DNA from: Bacteroidales bacterium
Lineage (GTDB): Bacteria > Bacteroidota > Bacteroidia > Bacteroidales > VadinHA17
DNA: 64,000 nt
Reading direction: 5' to 3'
Assembly: GCA_963668715.1 (NCBI GenBank)
Contig: OY764960.1
Coordinates: forward strand, 3,255,423 to 3,319,422
The position numbers and the translations under genes were made by a program. Shown in pieces: positions 18,251 to 29,138 of the stretch. How positions within the stretch are numbered: position 1 is the first letter of the stretch; each line of letters starts with the position of its first letter. The notes under the pieces are model-generated. The model was given only the letters and a program-made list of their open reading frames with translations. It had not been told where the DNA came from and ran no database searches.

Positions 18251-19744
18251 ATGTATCTGTTAGGCCTGGATATTGGTAGCTCATCCGTGAAAGCATCTCT
18301 GCTTGATGCTGAGACAGGTAGAAATATATCTTCCTGTTTTTATCCGAAAAAGGAGATGCCAATAAGATCTGAAAAGGCCGGCTTTTCCGAACAGGATCCG
18401 GAAATGTGGTGGAAGTATACCATAAAAGCTGTCAGAAAAACTATTAAACAGTCAGGTGTGTCACCGGAAGGGGTAGGGGCGGTAGGTATATCTTACCAGA
18501 TGCATGGATTGGTAATGGTCGATAGAAACCTTAATATTATTCGCCCCTCAATAATCTGGTGCGACAGCAGGGCGACAACAATAGGAGAGAGGGCTTTTAA
18601 TGATATTGGCAGGGGAAAATGCCTTGAACATCTGCTTAATTCTCCCGGCAATTTTACAGCTTCAAAACTGAAGTGGGTAAAGGATAACCAGCCTGACCTG
18701 TATGAAAGGGCTTACAGGATAATGCTTCCCGGTGATTATATAGGGATGAAAATCACAGGAGAGATAAGGACTACAATATCAGGCATGTCAGAAGGTGTTT
18801 TATGGGATTTCAAAAATAATGAAGCAGCTTCTTTTCTATTAGACTATTACGGGCTGGATAGCTCTCTTCTGCCTGAGATAGTGCCGGCATTTGCCGAACA
18901 GGGAGCAGTAACAAAAAAGGCTTCCGAATTGCTTGGGATACCCGAAGGTGTCCCCTTAGCTTACCGTGCCGGAGACCAGCCCAATAACGCATTCTCACTT
19001 AATGTGCTTAACCCGGGAGAGATAGCTGCTGTAGCCGGTACCTCCGGTGTCGTATATGGTGTCAGCGATGAGATACGATATGATCCTTTATCCCGTATCA
19101 ATACTTTCGCACATGTTAATCATAATAGCGATAAAACAAGACTCGGGGTTCTGTTATGCATTAACGGGACAGGGATATTAAACTCCTGGCTAAGGACAAA
19201 TATATCATGCGGCGGATCTTATGAAAAGATCAATAATGAAGCCGCATCGATAAGGACAGGATCGGACGGGTTGGTAGTGTTACCATTCGGGAACGGTGCT
19301 GAAAGAATGTTGGGTAATATAAACAAGGGGGCAGGGATATGCAATCTTGATCTCAATATTCATACATATAAACATATATTAAGGGCTGCACATGAAGGTA
19401 TCGCCTTCTCATTCAGGTATGGTATGGATATTATGAAGGAAACGGGGATTCACCCTGTAATAATAAGGGCTGGTTACGGAAATATGTTTCTGAGCAAAGT
19501 ATTCAGGGAGACGCTTTCCGGTATTTCGGGTGCAGTTATCGAATTATACAATACCGATGGAGCGCAGGGCGCCGCAAGGGCTGCAGGAATAGGGGCGGGT
19601 GTATATAAAAGCGATGCGGAAGCATTCCGCGGACTTGCTGTTGTTGACAGGATTGAACCTGATCGTTCCGGGCGGGAAGAATATGCTGCGGCATATGAAA
19701 AGTGGAAAAATGAATTAAATAAATATCTTAAAGAAAAAATATGA
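18251..19744 (+). CDS. xylB: xylulokinase (FGGY carbohydrate kinase)
   Basis: FGGY N-terminal text ([17 protein letters not shown]) and FGGY C-terminal text. It is translationally coupled (ATGA overlap) to xylose isomerase. Confidence 0.8.
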   Translation: MYLLGLDIGSSSVKASLLDAETGRNISSCFYPKKEMPIRSEKAGFSEQDPEMWWKYTIKAVRKTIKQSGVSPEGVGAVGISYQMHGLVMVDRNLNIIRPSIIWCDSRATTIGERAFNDIGRGKCLEHLLNSPGNFTASKLKWVKDNQPDLYERAYRIMLPGDYIGMKITGEIRTTISGMSEGVLWDFKNNEAASFLLDYYGLDSSLLPEIVPAFAEQGAVTKKASELLGIPEGVPLAYRAGDQPNNAFSLNVLNPGEIAAVAGTSGVVYGVSDEIRYDPLSRINTFAHVNHNSDKTRLGVLLCINGTGILNSWLRTNISCGGSYEKINNEAASIRTGSDGLVVLPFGNGAERMLGNINKGAGICNLDLNIHTYKHILRAAHEGIAFSFRYGMDIMKETGIHPVIIRAGYGNMFLSKVFRETLSGISGAVIELYNTDGAQGAARAAGIGAGVYKSDAEAFRGLAVVDRIEPDRSGREEYAAAYEKWKNELNKYLKEKI

Positions 19745-21072
19745 CAGTGATTAAAGGAGACAGAGAGTTTTTTCCGGGTATCGGGAAGATAAAATACGAG
19801 GGGCGCGAATCGGATAATCCCATGGCGTTTAAGTTTTATGATGAAAACAGGAAAGTAGGCGGCAAAACGCTCAGGGATATCATGAGATTTGCTGTAGCAT
19901 ACTGGCATACATTCTGCGGAACCGGTGATGATCCGTTCGGACAGGATACCAAAGTTTTTCCATGGGACAGACAAAAAGATATTTTAAAAAGAGCCAAAGA
20001 TAAGATGGATGCTGCATTTGAGTTTTTTACCAAGCTGGGCGTGCCATATTATTGTTTTCATGATACAGATCTTGCAGATGAAGCCGGTACTATAGCCGGC
20101 TATGAGAAAAATCTGCAAATAATGGTCGATTATGCAAAGCAGAAGCAGAAAGATTCCGGTGTAAAGCTTTTATGGGGGACTGCAAATGTTTTTGGCCATC
20201 CACGGTATATGAACGGGGCCGGTTCCAATCCTGATTTCAATGTTATTACCAGGGCAGGGACACAACTTATGAATGCCCTGAATGCTACGATAGAACTGGG
20301 AGGAGAAAATTATGTTTTCTGGGGAGGCCGTGAAGGATATATGTCTTTACTTAATACCGATATGAAGAGGGAACAGGAGCATATTGCCATACTTATGCAT
20401 ATGGCAAAAGACTATGCGCGGAAAAACGGTTTTAAGGGACCCTTCCTTATTGAGCCCAAACCTATGGAGCCGACAAAGCACCAGTATGATTATGACGCTG
20501 CTACAGTTGCAGGCTTTCTGAACAAATATGATCTTCAGGACGATTTCAAACTGAATATAGAAGTAAATCATGCTACTCTTGCAGGACATACATTCCAACA
20601 TGAACTACAGGTTGCTGCCGATAACGGAATGTTTGCAAGCATAGATGCCAACAGGGGGGATTACCAGAACGGATGGGATACAGACCAGTTTCCGGTTAAT
20701 ATTTACGAACTGGTTGAGGCAATGCTCGTAATAATTGAGGAAGGAGGATTTACAACAGGCGGAGTCAATTTTGACGCTAAAACAAGGCGTAACTCAACCG
20801 ACCTTGAAGATATATTTATAGCCCATATAGCAGGTATGGATGCATTTGCCAGGGCATATGAAACAGCATATGACATACTTGAAAAATCACCGTATAGAAA
20901 AATGCGTAAGGAAAGATATGCTTCCTTTGATACAGGCTGTGGCAGAGATTTTGAAAAATCCGGACTCAGCCTCGAAGACTTACGTGAACTGGCTGTTAAA
21001 AATGGCGAACCTGAACAGATTAGCGGCAAACAGGAACTGTATGAGGCGATCATAAATCAGTATATCAGATAA
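19741..21072 (+). CDS. xylA: xylose isomerase
   Basis: Diagnostic text is present: [59 protein letters not shown]. Confidence 0.92.
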   Translation: MTVIKGDREFFPGIGKIKYEGRESDNPMAFKFYDENRKVGGKTLRDIMRFAVAYWHTFCGTGDDPFGQDTKVFPWDRQKDILKRAKDKMDAAFEFFTKLGVPYYCFHDTDLADEAGTIAGYEKNLQIMVDYAKQKQKDSGVKLLWGTANVFGHPRYMNGAGSNPDFNVITRAGTQLMNALNATIELGGENYVFWGGREGYMSLLNTDMKREQEHIAILMHMAKDYARKNGFKGPFLIEPKPMEPTKHQYDYDAATVAGFLNKYDLQDDFKLNIEVNHATLAGHTFQHELQVAADNGMFASIDANRGDYQNGWDTDQFPVNIYELVEAMLVIIEEGGFTTGGVNFDAKTRRNSTDLEDIFIAHIAGMDAFARAYETAYDILEKSPYRKMRKERYASFDTGCGRDFEKSGLSLEDLRELAVKNGEPEQISGKQELYEAIINQYIR

Positions 21073-21260
21073 CACAAGACAAAAGGCAAAAGACGAACGA
21101 CAAACGACAAAAGGAGGAAGGCGGGAAAAGAGTTGAGAGAAGTTTATGTGAGTTTATAAAGGGTTTAGAGTAAGTTTGTAAAAGTTTAGAATGGGTTTAG
21201 AATAGGTTTGATAGGGGTTATTTTACTTTGCTCTGTGCTCTGCGCTCTGCGCCCTGCCTG
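21071..21260. repeat. three abutting one-base-excluded low-complexity modules (T-free, C-free, A-free)
   Basis: 21071-21132 has no T (GACAAAA-type heptamers). 21123-21225 has no C (NNNNGTTTAG words at ~10-11 nt). 21226-21260 has no A (CTCTGCG heptamers). Confidence 0.9.
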
Positions 21261-21324
21261 ATGATTGGGAATATATGAATGAAATTTGCTTAAAATAAGT
21301 ATTTACTATTCAATAACTTAAAAC

Positions 21325-22188
21325 ATGAAGAAAACATTGATCATGTTATTATTAACACATTTTGCAATTTGCAGTTCATTTGGACAGTCAGGCCAGATTT
21401 TTGATAACCTGAGTATAAAAAGTGAAATTTTGAACTGTGAACGGAATTATTCAGTATATCTTCCACCTGACTATAATACATCACAAAGAAGTTATGCAGT
21501 ATTGTATCTTCTTCACGGAGCCTATGAGGATCATACGGGCTGGGTTCAGCATGGCGAGGTGCTGTATATTGCAGATAAGGCTATCAGGGAAGGTAAATGC
21601 ACTCCGATGATAATAGTCATGCCTGACGCTGAAACAGTAAGAAGGGGATATTTTAACCAGTTGGACGGAAACTGGCAATATGAGGATTTCTTCTTTAAGG
21701 AATTCATCCCGTATATTGAGTCAAAATACCGTATACGCGGCTCAAAAACATATCGTGCAGTTGCCGGTCTTTCCATGGGAGGGGGAGGAACATTCATGTA
21801 TGCACTTCATCATCCTGAGATGTTTTCATCAGCATGTCCCCTGAGTGCAGCTACAGGCGAGCTTACGTTTGACAGCTTTAAGGAAAGGTATGCCGAAGAA
21901 AGCAAAAAATATTCAGAATCTGTTCTGAAGGATTATTATGAGAAGCATAATGCCCTGTCGCTTATCGCGAATACTCCGAAAGAAAAAATTTCGTCGGTAC
22001 GCTGGTATATCGATTGTGGTGACGATGATTTTCTTTATGAAGGGAACTGTCTGGTTCATATAGCTATGCGGAAGAAAGAAATACCTCATGAATTCAGGGT
22101 GCGCGACGGTGCACACAGGTGGCCCTACTGGAGAGAAGCTCTTCCTGAAGTGCTGGAATTTGTGTCTATGGATTTTCACCAGTATTAG
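21325..22188 (+). CDS. secreted alpha/beta-hydrolase esterase (esterase D / putative-esterase family)
   Basis: Signal peptide present. It has YAVLYLLHG and the nucleophile elbow AGLSMGGGG. The location next to xylose genes suggests a xylan-associated esterase (inference). Confidence 0.65.
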   Translation: MKKTLIMLLLTHFAICSSFGQSGQIFDNLSIKSEILNCERNYSVYLPPDYNTSQRSYAVLYLLHGAYEDHTGWVQHGEVLYIADKAIREGKCTPMIIVMPDAETVRRGYFNQLDGNWQYEDFFFKEFIPYIESKYRIRGSKTYRAVAGLSMGGGGTFMYALHHPEMFSSACPLSAATGELTFDSFKERYAEESKKYSESVLKDYYEKHNALSLIANTPKEKISSVRWYIDCGDDDFLYEGNCLVHIAMRKKEIPHEFRVRDGAHRWPYWREALPEVLEFVSMDFHQY

Positions 22189-22229
22189 TAACCTGATTTA
22201 GTATTCAACATAAGGGAGAGGGATATTTT

Positions 22230-23576
22230 TTAAAACTCCAGAATAAACTGAGTCCTGATGTACGGTTCGGAGTTTACTCTTACTGAGCCGTTATGTTTAC
22301 TCATTATCTGCCTGACAACTGAAAGTCCTATACCTGATCCTTCCTTTCTTGTTGTGAAGAAAGGAATGAATATCTTATCTGTCAGATCAGGAGATATCCC
22401 TTTCCCGTTATCTGAAACGATAATGAATTTTTTGCCATTACTGCTTTCCCCGGCAGAAAGCTCTACTGTTGCACCGGGGATATCTTCAAGTGCATATATG
22501 GAATTTTGAACAAGGTTTATAAGAGCCTGGATGATTAGCTTTTCGTCCAGATTGATCTTCAAATCAGGCGGATTAATATCTGATATAACAAGGTTTATGT
22601 CTTTCTTTTGCCTGTCGGAAAGCAGATCGACCGTATCCTTAAATAAGACATCTACCGGTGTTTCACTTAAAACCGGCCCGGGGATCCTTGACAGCCTTTT
22701 ATATGATTCAACGAATTGAATAAGCCCCTTGCTACGTTTATCTATTGCACCAAGACCAGAAATCAGATCATTATACGTATCATTAGTCTTAAGACTTACA
22801 AAAGATCCGGATAACTTACCCGCGAGCCTGACGAGGGTTCCGCTGAGCGATTTTATAGGAGATACCGAATTTACTATCTCATGAGTAAGGACGCTTGTCA
22901 GGTTTTGCCATACCTTTATTTCTTCATCGCCCAGGACATTGCTTATGTCCTGAACAGATACCAGGTATATTTCACTGTTTCTTTTAATGAGTACTGTTTT
23001 ACGCGTTACAATACTTTTCATTTCGTTACGTATAACTGTCCTGAAGAGTGTGTCGGTATCGGGCTTAAGAGTATTTAAATGTCCGGAGAAACCATCGGCA
23101 AAACTGTCAAATCCCGTAATATTACTTACGTCGCCGGAACCAAGGATTTCCTTTGCAGAGCGGTTCACAAGATCAATTGCTCCTGAAGGCTCATACGACA
23201 GCAAACCTACGGATGCATTATCAAACAGGTATCTGAAATACAGATACTCTGACTCCCCGGAGGCTCTGATCTCATTTATTGAATTAATGATCTCCTTATA
23301 TTTTTCACCTAATATATCCCCTGATGATCTTTTCCCGGTAAAAACAGGAATAGTGAGATCAGGGTTCTTCAGGGTCAGGATAAAATTCATAAGATCCCTG
23401 TTGCTTCTGTTTACATATGAGGCAAATGATATTATGAATGTCAGCCATAAGAAAGCCGACGTGAACTTTGCTACTATGATATGGTCCTGCAATAAAGTCC
23501 ATATAAAGAGCATGCCCGATAATGCAATAAAGACTGAAAAAAGCAATACACGAAAAGTGAATTTATTGAATATCAT
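22230..23576 (-). CDS. sensor histidine kinase, two N-terminal TM helices with a minimal loop (intramembrane-type), PAS-like + HisKA + HATPase_c
   Basis: The TM pair is ...SGMLFIWTLL-QDH-IIVAKFTSAFLWLTFII.... The H-box is LTHEIVNSVSPI and the ATPase motifs are DNGKGI...GSGIGLS. It overlaps the upstream RR gene by 14 nt. Confidence 0.8.
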   Translation of the reverse strand: MIFNKFTFRVLLFSVFIALSGMLFIWTLLQDHIIVAKFTSAFLWLTFIISFASYVNRSNRDLMNFILTLKNPDLTIPVFTGKRSSGDILGEKYKEIINSINEIRASGESEYLYFRYLFDNASVGLLSYEPSGAIDLVNRSAKEILGSGDVSNITGFDSFADGFSGHLNTLKPDTDTLFRTVIRNEMKSIVTRKTVLIKRNSEIYLVSVQDISNVLGDEEIKVWQNLTSVLTHEIVNSVSPIKSLSGTLVRLAGKLSGSFVSLKTNDTYNDLISGLGAIDKRSKGLIQFVESYKRLSRIPGPVLSETPVDVLFKDTVDLLSDRQKKDINLVISDINPPDLKINLDEKLIIQALINLVQNSIYALEDIPGATVELSAGESSNGKKFIIVSDNGKGISPDLTDKIFIPFFTTRKEGSGIGLSVVRQIMSKHNGSVRVNSEPYIRTQFILEF

Positions 23577-24936
23577 ATTTAAGTATTTTGTTGTAAAGTG
23601 TTTTTCTGCTTATACCAAGTTCCTTACAGGCTCTTGATTGATTATAGTTATTGTTTTGCAGAGCCATTATTATCAGTTTTTTTTCATTATACTCCAGGTT
23701 AAGGATACTGGATTCGGTACGTGTTTTATGAGTGATGCCGTTAATGCATATATCTTCAGGACCAATATCACTGCCTTCAGATAAAATGACGGCTTTTTCA
23801 ATCATATGTTCCAGTTCACGTACATTCCCGGGATAGCTGTAATTCATCAGTGCTTTTAATCCTTTAGAGCTGAGGCTTAAAAAAGGTTTATTGTATTTTT
23901 TACCGTATTCGTTGAGAAACAGGGCAGCCAGAACAGGAATGTCATCGACTCTTTCCCTTAAAGGAGGTATGGTTATCTGAATAGTATTCAATCTGTAAAA
24001 CAGGTCTTCACGTAATAGTCCCATGGAAATCATTTCGGCAGGATTAGAATTGGTTGCCGAGATGAGCCTGATGTCTGTTTTAACAGGAATTGATGATCCC
24101 AGTCTTGTTATTTGCCTGCTTTGAAGAACCCTTAATAGTTTAGGCTGTATTCCCGGAGGCATGTTTCCTATCTCGTCAAGAAATAATGTTCCTCCTGAAG
24201 CTACCTCAATTTTTCCTGCCTTTTCTTCTTTAGCATCAGTGAAAGCCCCTTTAACATAGCCGAACATCTCACTTTCAAACAGATTTTCAGGTATAGCGCC
24301 TGAATCCACATCGACAAACAACTCACAGGATCTTTCGGAAAGCCTGTGTATTTCCCTGGCCAGCAGTTCCTTTCCTGTGCCGCTTTCTCCAAGTATAAGT
24401 ATGCTGGCATCTGTCGGAGCTACTTTTCTTATTGTTTTTATCAGTTGCTCCATGACCGCAGACACTCCAACGATTTTTTTAACTGGCTCTTCTATTCTCT
24501 TGTTGAGATGTAATTGTTTTATCTTTAGATTGTTAACTTCGAGTTTGGATTTTCTCAGACTATATGCTGAGTGTACAGTGGCAATAAGCCTGTCATCTTC
24601 CCAGGGCTTCTGGATAAAATCAGTCGCTCCTTCCTGCAGCGACCTTACTGCAAGCTCAACAGTCGCATAGGCTGTAAGCATAAGAATAATAGCATTGGGG
24701 TCTGTCCTGATGATCTCGTTCATCCAGAATATCCCCTCATTACCTGAATTTATCCCGGTAGAATAATTCATGTCGAGTATATATACATCGAATAATCCTG
24801 TTGATATCCGGTCATGTATATACTTAGGATCTGATAATGTTATTATCTCATTATAATGAGGTGAAAGCAATAACCTGAGAGCTGTTAATATATCCTCATT
24901 ATCATCAACAATTAATATCCTGGCTTCTTTTTTCAT
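23563..24936 (-). CDS. sigma54-dependent response regulator (receiver + AAA+ + Fis-type HTH; NtrC family)
   Basis: The receiver is ILIVDDNEDIL...DMNY. The AAA+ motifs are GESGTGKELLAREIH, GAFTDA and ESEMFGY. The C-terminal HTH is ACKELGISRKTLYNKI. Confidence 0.88.
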   Translation of the reverse strand: MKKEARILIVDDNEDILTALRLLLSPHYNEIITLSDPKYIHDRISTGLFDVYILDMNYSTGINSGNEGIFWMNEIIRTDPNAIILMLTAYATVELAVRSLQEGATDFIQKPWEDDRLIATVHSAYSLRKSKLEVNNLKIKQLHLNKRIEEPVKKIVGVSAVMEQLIKTIRKVAPTDASILILGESGTGKELLAREIHRLSERSCELFVDVDSGAIPENLFESEMFGYVKGAFTDAKEEKAGKIEVASGGTLFLDEIGNMPPGIQPKLLRVLQSRQITRLGSSIPVKTDIRLISATNSNPAEMISMGLLREDLFYRLNTIQITIPPLRERVDDIPVLAALFLNEYGKKYNKPFLSLSSKGLKALMNYSYPGNVRELEHMIEKAVILSEGSDIGPEDICINGITHKTRTESSILNLEYNEKKLIIMALQNNNYNQSRACKELGISRKTLYNKILKYDIQ

Positions 24937-25134
24937 CTGATTATTCTTAATTTTTAATCCCCTGCGCGTTCCGCTCCGGTCGTCGAAGTCATATTATGGC
25001 CGATGGCAGCGGCGGACGGTTCGTAATATCAAAAATAGTAAATGGGAAATAATTACACAATTAACATGGTAAAAAATACACATAAAGAAAATGTGTAAAT
25101 TGTTAAATAGCATCTATACAGCCATATAGTAAAA

Positions 25135-25150
25135 TGGCATTAAAATAGTA
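25135..25150 (+). promoter_or_regulatory. sigma54 -24/-12-like box upstream of permease 25196
   Basis: TGGCATTAAAATAGTA has GG then 10 nt then GT (consensus GC). It lies 45 nt before the ATG and next to a sigma54 activator gene. Confidence 0.35.
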
Positions 25151-25195
25151 TAGTATAAGCAAAGATTTATTAACTTAAATAATTTATTTGTTCTC

Positions 25196-27601
25196 ATGAA
25201 CAGGCTTTTTTTTAGAATATCGTTAAGGAATGCACAAAAGCAGGGTTACATAAGCATTATAAATCCGCTTGGGCTGGCTATAGGTTTTGCCGGTGCATTT
25301 ATACTGTTATTATATGTGTTTAATGAACTGGGATATGATTCTGATATCAAATCGTCTGACGGAGTATATCGTATTAATACTGAAAGCAGGCTTTTTAACC
25401 TTCAGTATGCCAGAACTCCTTTTGTATTAGGTACGGTACTTAAGGACGATCTAGGGCATATGATATTATTATCGAGAGTTTTTAATCTTAGTAAGTCAGG
25501 CATAAGAAAAGGGGAGCAAATGATAAAAGAAGATGGAATTTTTTGTGCAGAGAACCAGATATTTAAAATAATGAACCTTGAAATTGTCGCGGGCAATCCT
25601 GACGATTTACTGAACAGTCCTGACGATGCTGTCCTCACCAGAAATGCGGCAAAGAAATATTTCGGGGAAGAAATGCCTCTCGGTAAAACACTTGAAATAG
25701 AGAATAACGGGGATATATTTTATTTTCAGGTGAAAGGTATAATCAATAATATAAGGGAAAATTCAAGTTTCAGACCGGAGATTTTAGTCCCTGTTCAGCT
25801 TTCAATTGATCAGATGGACAAAATGGTAACGTCATCAAGCGAGGAGCCTCTTGGTGCTGATTATTACAGGAATAACTGGAACCTTTTCTTTTTTTATTCA
25901 ACATACCTTAAACTGGAACCCGGATTATCGGAAGATGACCTTCAGATGCATATCGATAGCTACGAAGGTAAACACTATAGTGAAGATCTTAGGCTGGGTT
26001 TTCATCTTCAGAAATATCGTGATATTTATTTCAATTCATCTCACCTGGTATCGGCTTATAACGGCGGCGATATCAAAACTGTTATTATCTATTCAATGGT
26101 AGCTTTTCTGCTTCTGTTAACAAGCTCTCTAAACTATATACTATTATCGACGGCCGGCCTGGTAAAAAGGAGGAAAGAAATTGCAGTTAAAATAGTTAGC
26201 GGAGCATCTCACAGATCAATAGTCAGGCAAACCATGATGGAAACAATAGGCCTCTCTTATATTGCTGCTTTAGCAGGATTGTCCATAGCTGAGATAGTTC
26301 TTCCCATGGTAAGTGATACACTTTTTGGTAAAAATATCTCAATTGAATACCTTAGAGACTGGCAGTTTACGGTTTCAGTACTTCTGATACCTCTTGCAGT
26401 TGGGTTGTTGTCAGGGATTTACCTTTCGGTCAGAATTACTTCTAAGGATGCCTTTACAGTCCTGACGCATACCGGTGATGAAAATAAGGGCAGCACAGGA
26501 TTTGTAACTGTCCTCAGTACTGTACAACTGATTATCTGTATGACGCTTATTGCATGCACAGGAGTTATTTACAGACAGATTCATTACTTCAGGAATACAG
26601 ACCCCGGCTTTGATATTAAAAATATTATTAGCATAGATTTCAGTGATGATGATATAAGAAAGAATTACGATGTTTTCAAAGACGAATTATTAAAACAGCA
26701 TGTAATAAAAAGTGTTTCCGGTGCAATGTGGTCTCCTCCGACGAGAAGTAATATGGTGATGAACCTGTCTAAAATTGATAACCCGGATGAAAAGGTAACA
26801 GTACAGGGTCTTATGGTCGATTATGATTTTGCCGGAACACTTGGGCTGAACCTGATAGAGGGTAGTGATTTTATTGAAACTGAATCCGGCTCAGGAGAAA
26901 GACTGATCATAAGCAGAAAAGCAATTAATGCACTTGGGATAAAGGGATCCCCTGTTGGGATAGAAACGGCATTTGGCAGAATAACAGGAGTAGTGGAGGA
27001 TTTTCATATTCATTCATTTCACAGTGAGGTGCCCCCGATGATTATTCAACTGACACCTGCAGGTGTGAGAACCATGCTGGTTCGTACCGAACCCGGAAAC
27101 ACTGAAGCTGCCATCAACAGGATTAATGAGATATGGGAAGAAATGCATTTTACCAAACCACCTGAATATAAACTGCTGAGTGATGCCCTTGACGATCTGT
27201 ACAGTGAAGAAAGGAGATTTGCCAGTATTCTGACCATATTTTGTGCTCTTACACTAATCGTTTCTGTTATGGGAATTTTAGGGATGGCAGTTTTAAATAC
27301 GAGAAATAAAACCAAGGAAGTAGGCATACGAAAAGTGCTTGGAGCGGAATCATCAGGATTGATGGGCAAATTTATGGGCAGATATGCATTAATGATCCTG
27401 ACTTCTGCTGCAATTGCTTTCCCTTTAGCCTGGTTGTTAATGATCAGATGGTTGGAGAACTTTGAGTATCACGATACTGTAAATATATTTGCTTTTGCCG
27501 GCTCTCTGCTGATAACGGTCATTGTTGTACTGTCATCTGTTGCAGCACAGATCATTAGGCTTGCCGATACAAATCCGGTCGACTCACTCAGATATGAATA
27601 G
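25196..27601 (+). CDS. double-FtsX / MacB-type ABC transporter permease (~800 aa)
   Basis: The N-terminal TM (INPLGLAIGFAGAFILLLYV) is followed by a large extracytoplasmic domain, an FtsX block, a second extracytoplasmic domain and a second FtsX block (GIRKVLGAESSGL...), ending ...PVDSLRYE. Confidence 0.85.
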   Translation: MNRLFFRISLRNAQKQGYISIINPLGLAIGFAGAFILLLYVFNELGYDSDIKSSDGVYRINTESRLFNLQYARTPFVLGTVLKDDLGHMILLSRVFNLSKSGIRKGEQMIKEDGIFCAENQIFKIMNLEIVAGNPDDLLNSPDDAVLTRNAAKKYFGEEMPLGKTLEIENNGDIFYFQVKGIINNIRENSSFRPEILVPVQLSIDQMDKMVTSSSEEPLGADYYRNNWNLFFFYSTYLKLEPGLSEDDLQMHIDSYEGKHYSEDLRLGFHLQKYRDIYFNSSHLVSAYNGGDIKTVIIYSMVAFLLLLTSSLNYILLSTAGLVKRRKEIAVKIVSGASHRSIVRQTMMETIGLSYIAALAGLSIAEIVLPMVSDTLFGKNISIEYLRDWQFTVSVLLIPLAVGLLSGIYLSVRITSKDAFTVLTHTGDENKGSTGFVTVLSTVQLIICMTLIACTGVIYRQIHYFRNTDPGFDIKNIISIDFSDDDIRKNYDVFKDELLKQHVIKSVSGAMWSPPTRSNMVMNLSKIDNPDEKVTVQGLMVDYDFAGTLGLNLIEGSDFIETESGSGERLIISRKAINALGIKGSPVGIETAFGRITGVVEDFHIHSFHSEVPPMIIQLTPAGVRTMLVRTEPGNTEAAINRINEIWEEMHFTKPPEYKLLSDALDDLYSEERRFASILTIFCALTLIVSVMGILGMAVLNTRNKTKEVGIRKVLGAESSGLMGKFMGRYALMILTSAAIAFPLAWLLMIRWLENFEYHDTVNIFAFAGSLLITVIVVLSSVAAQIIRLADTNPVDSLRYE

Positions 27602-27764
27602 ATAAACAGAGACGCTATTCTGAAATTTTGATTACCGTTAGTCAGCTCAGGCGTTTCTTTTTTTGAGATATTTTATCTCAGCTTAAATAGGTTTTTGTCG
27701 GATTTTACGACACTCTCTTTTGTGTTTTCGGATTTCTTTTCGTTTTTTGCAGTAAAGTAAGATT

Positions 27765-29138
27765 ATGGTCAAGAATGGAAAAGTACTGATTGTAGATGAT
27801 AATCGCGAATTGCTTTCAGCACTTAAAATATGTCTGGCACCTTATTTTTATGCAATCGACCTTTTGCACGATCCTAACCGTATACCTGAGTATATGAGTC
27901 AGGCCGTATACGACCTGATATTGCTGGATATGAACTTCAGTCGTGGTCAGACCACCGGAAATGAAGGGATCTTCTGGATGAACAGGATCAGGGAGATCAG
28001 CCCTTATTCAGGTATTGTCCTTATAACAGCTTACGGTGATGTTTCCCTGGCTGTAAAAGCAATGCGTGAAGGAGCTGTCGATTTTATCCTGAAGAGCTGG
28101 GATGAAAGTAAGATAATATCGACTATTCTGGCTTCATTAAAGATACAGGAATCTCAGAAAGAGATAAGATCGCTGAAAGAAAAAGGTTCACAACTGAAAA
28201 GTATAATTGATGACCAGCATAAGCTTTATTATGGCAGTTCATCTGCCATGAAAAATATAAAAAAGCTTATTGACAAAGTTGCGGGTACCGATGCCAATAT
28301 TTTGATACTGGGTGAAAATGGTACCGGCAAGGAGCTGGTCGCAAGAGAGATACACCGTCTCTCAAAAAGATCTGATGATATTTTTGTGAAGATTGACCTT
28401 GGGTCGGTTACGGAAAGCCTTTTCGAAAGTGAGTTATTCGGTTACCGTAAGGGTGCGTTTACCGACGCCAGGGATGATAAAGCGGGAAGGCTGGAAGTTG
28501 CATCGGGTGGTACCGTTTTTTTAGATGAAATAGGAAACCTGAGCCTTGATATGCAGACCAAATTATTAGGCACACTTCAAAATAAGGAAATTGTAAGAGT
28601 AGGTGATAATAACCCTGTTCCTGTGGATATAAGAATTGTATCGGCAACTAACAGCGACCTGCATGCTGCTGTTGAAGATTTGACATTCCGGGAAGATCTT
28701 TTCTACAGACTTAATACTATTATAATAAATCTTCCGCCTTTAAGAGAACGGAAGGAGGATATTATTTTCCTTACAGGATTATTCCTGCAGGAACTGAACA
28801 ATGAATATGGCCGTGATGTGAAGCTGACAAAAGAATCGGAACGATATCTTATCGATCATAGCTGGCCGGGTAATATAAGAGAGTTAAGGCATGTTATTGA
28901 AAAAGGGGTGATACTTGCCGAAAATGACAGGATAAGAGAATCGGATCTTACTACCGGTTCATCAGGCAGGAAGTTCAATAGTATGGGATCTTATAACCTG
29001 TCTGACAACGAAAAGATGATAATAATTTCAGCCCTTGAGAGTTTTAACTGGAACATCAGCAGGACTGCCAGGGAACTTGGTATTAACAGGTCTACACTTT
29101 ATGAGAAAATATCCAAATATGAAATCTCACAGGATTGA
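27765..29138 (+). CDS. sigma54-dependent response regulator (NtrC family), paralogue of 23563-24936
   Basis: Same architecture and length (457 aa): VLIVDDNRELL, GENGTGKELVAREIH, GAFTDA, ESELFGY, and HTH TARELGINRSTLYEKI. Confidence 0.88.
   Translation: MVKNGKVLIVDDNRELLSALKICLAPYFYAIDLLHDPNRIPEYMSQAVYDLILLDMNFSRGQTTGNEGIFWMNRIREISPYSGIVLITAYGDVSLAVKAMREGAVDFILKSWDESKIISTILASLKIQESQKEIRSLKEKGSQLKSIIDDQHKLYYGSSSAMKNIKKLIDKVAGTDANILILGENGTGKELVAREIHRLSKRSDDIFVKIDLGSVTESLFESELFGYRKGAFTDARDDKAGRLEVASGGTVFLDEIGNLSLDMQTKLLGTLQNKEIVRVGDNNPVPVDIRIVSATNSDLHAAVEDLTFREDLFYRLNTIIINLPPLRERKEDIIFLTGLFLQELNNEYGRDVKLTKESERYLIDHSWPGNIRELRHVIEKGVILAENDRIRESDLTTGSSGRKFNSMGSYNLSDNEKMIIISALESFNWNISRTARELGINRSTLYEKISKYEISQD

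Noticed and set aside
24958-25020. GC-rich patch (A-free for 28 nt) in the divergent kinase/permease control region, considered as an additional module-family member or structured RNA.
   Set aside because: It is too short and shows no clear periodicity or complementary arms. It is noted only as a possible activator-binding region.
29035-29118. N-terminal extension of the second histidine kinase ORF; similar extensions occur at 5780-5833, 13298-13360, 50131-50184, 39210-39278 and 63345-63386.
   Set aside because: The extensions overlap upstream genes or promoter boxes and precede clear signal-peptide or TM starts. Internal ATGs give family-typical N-termini.
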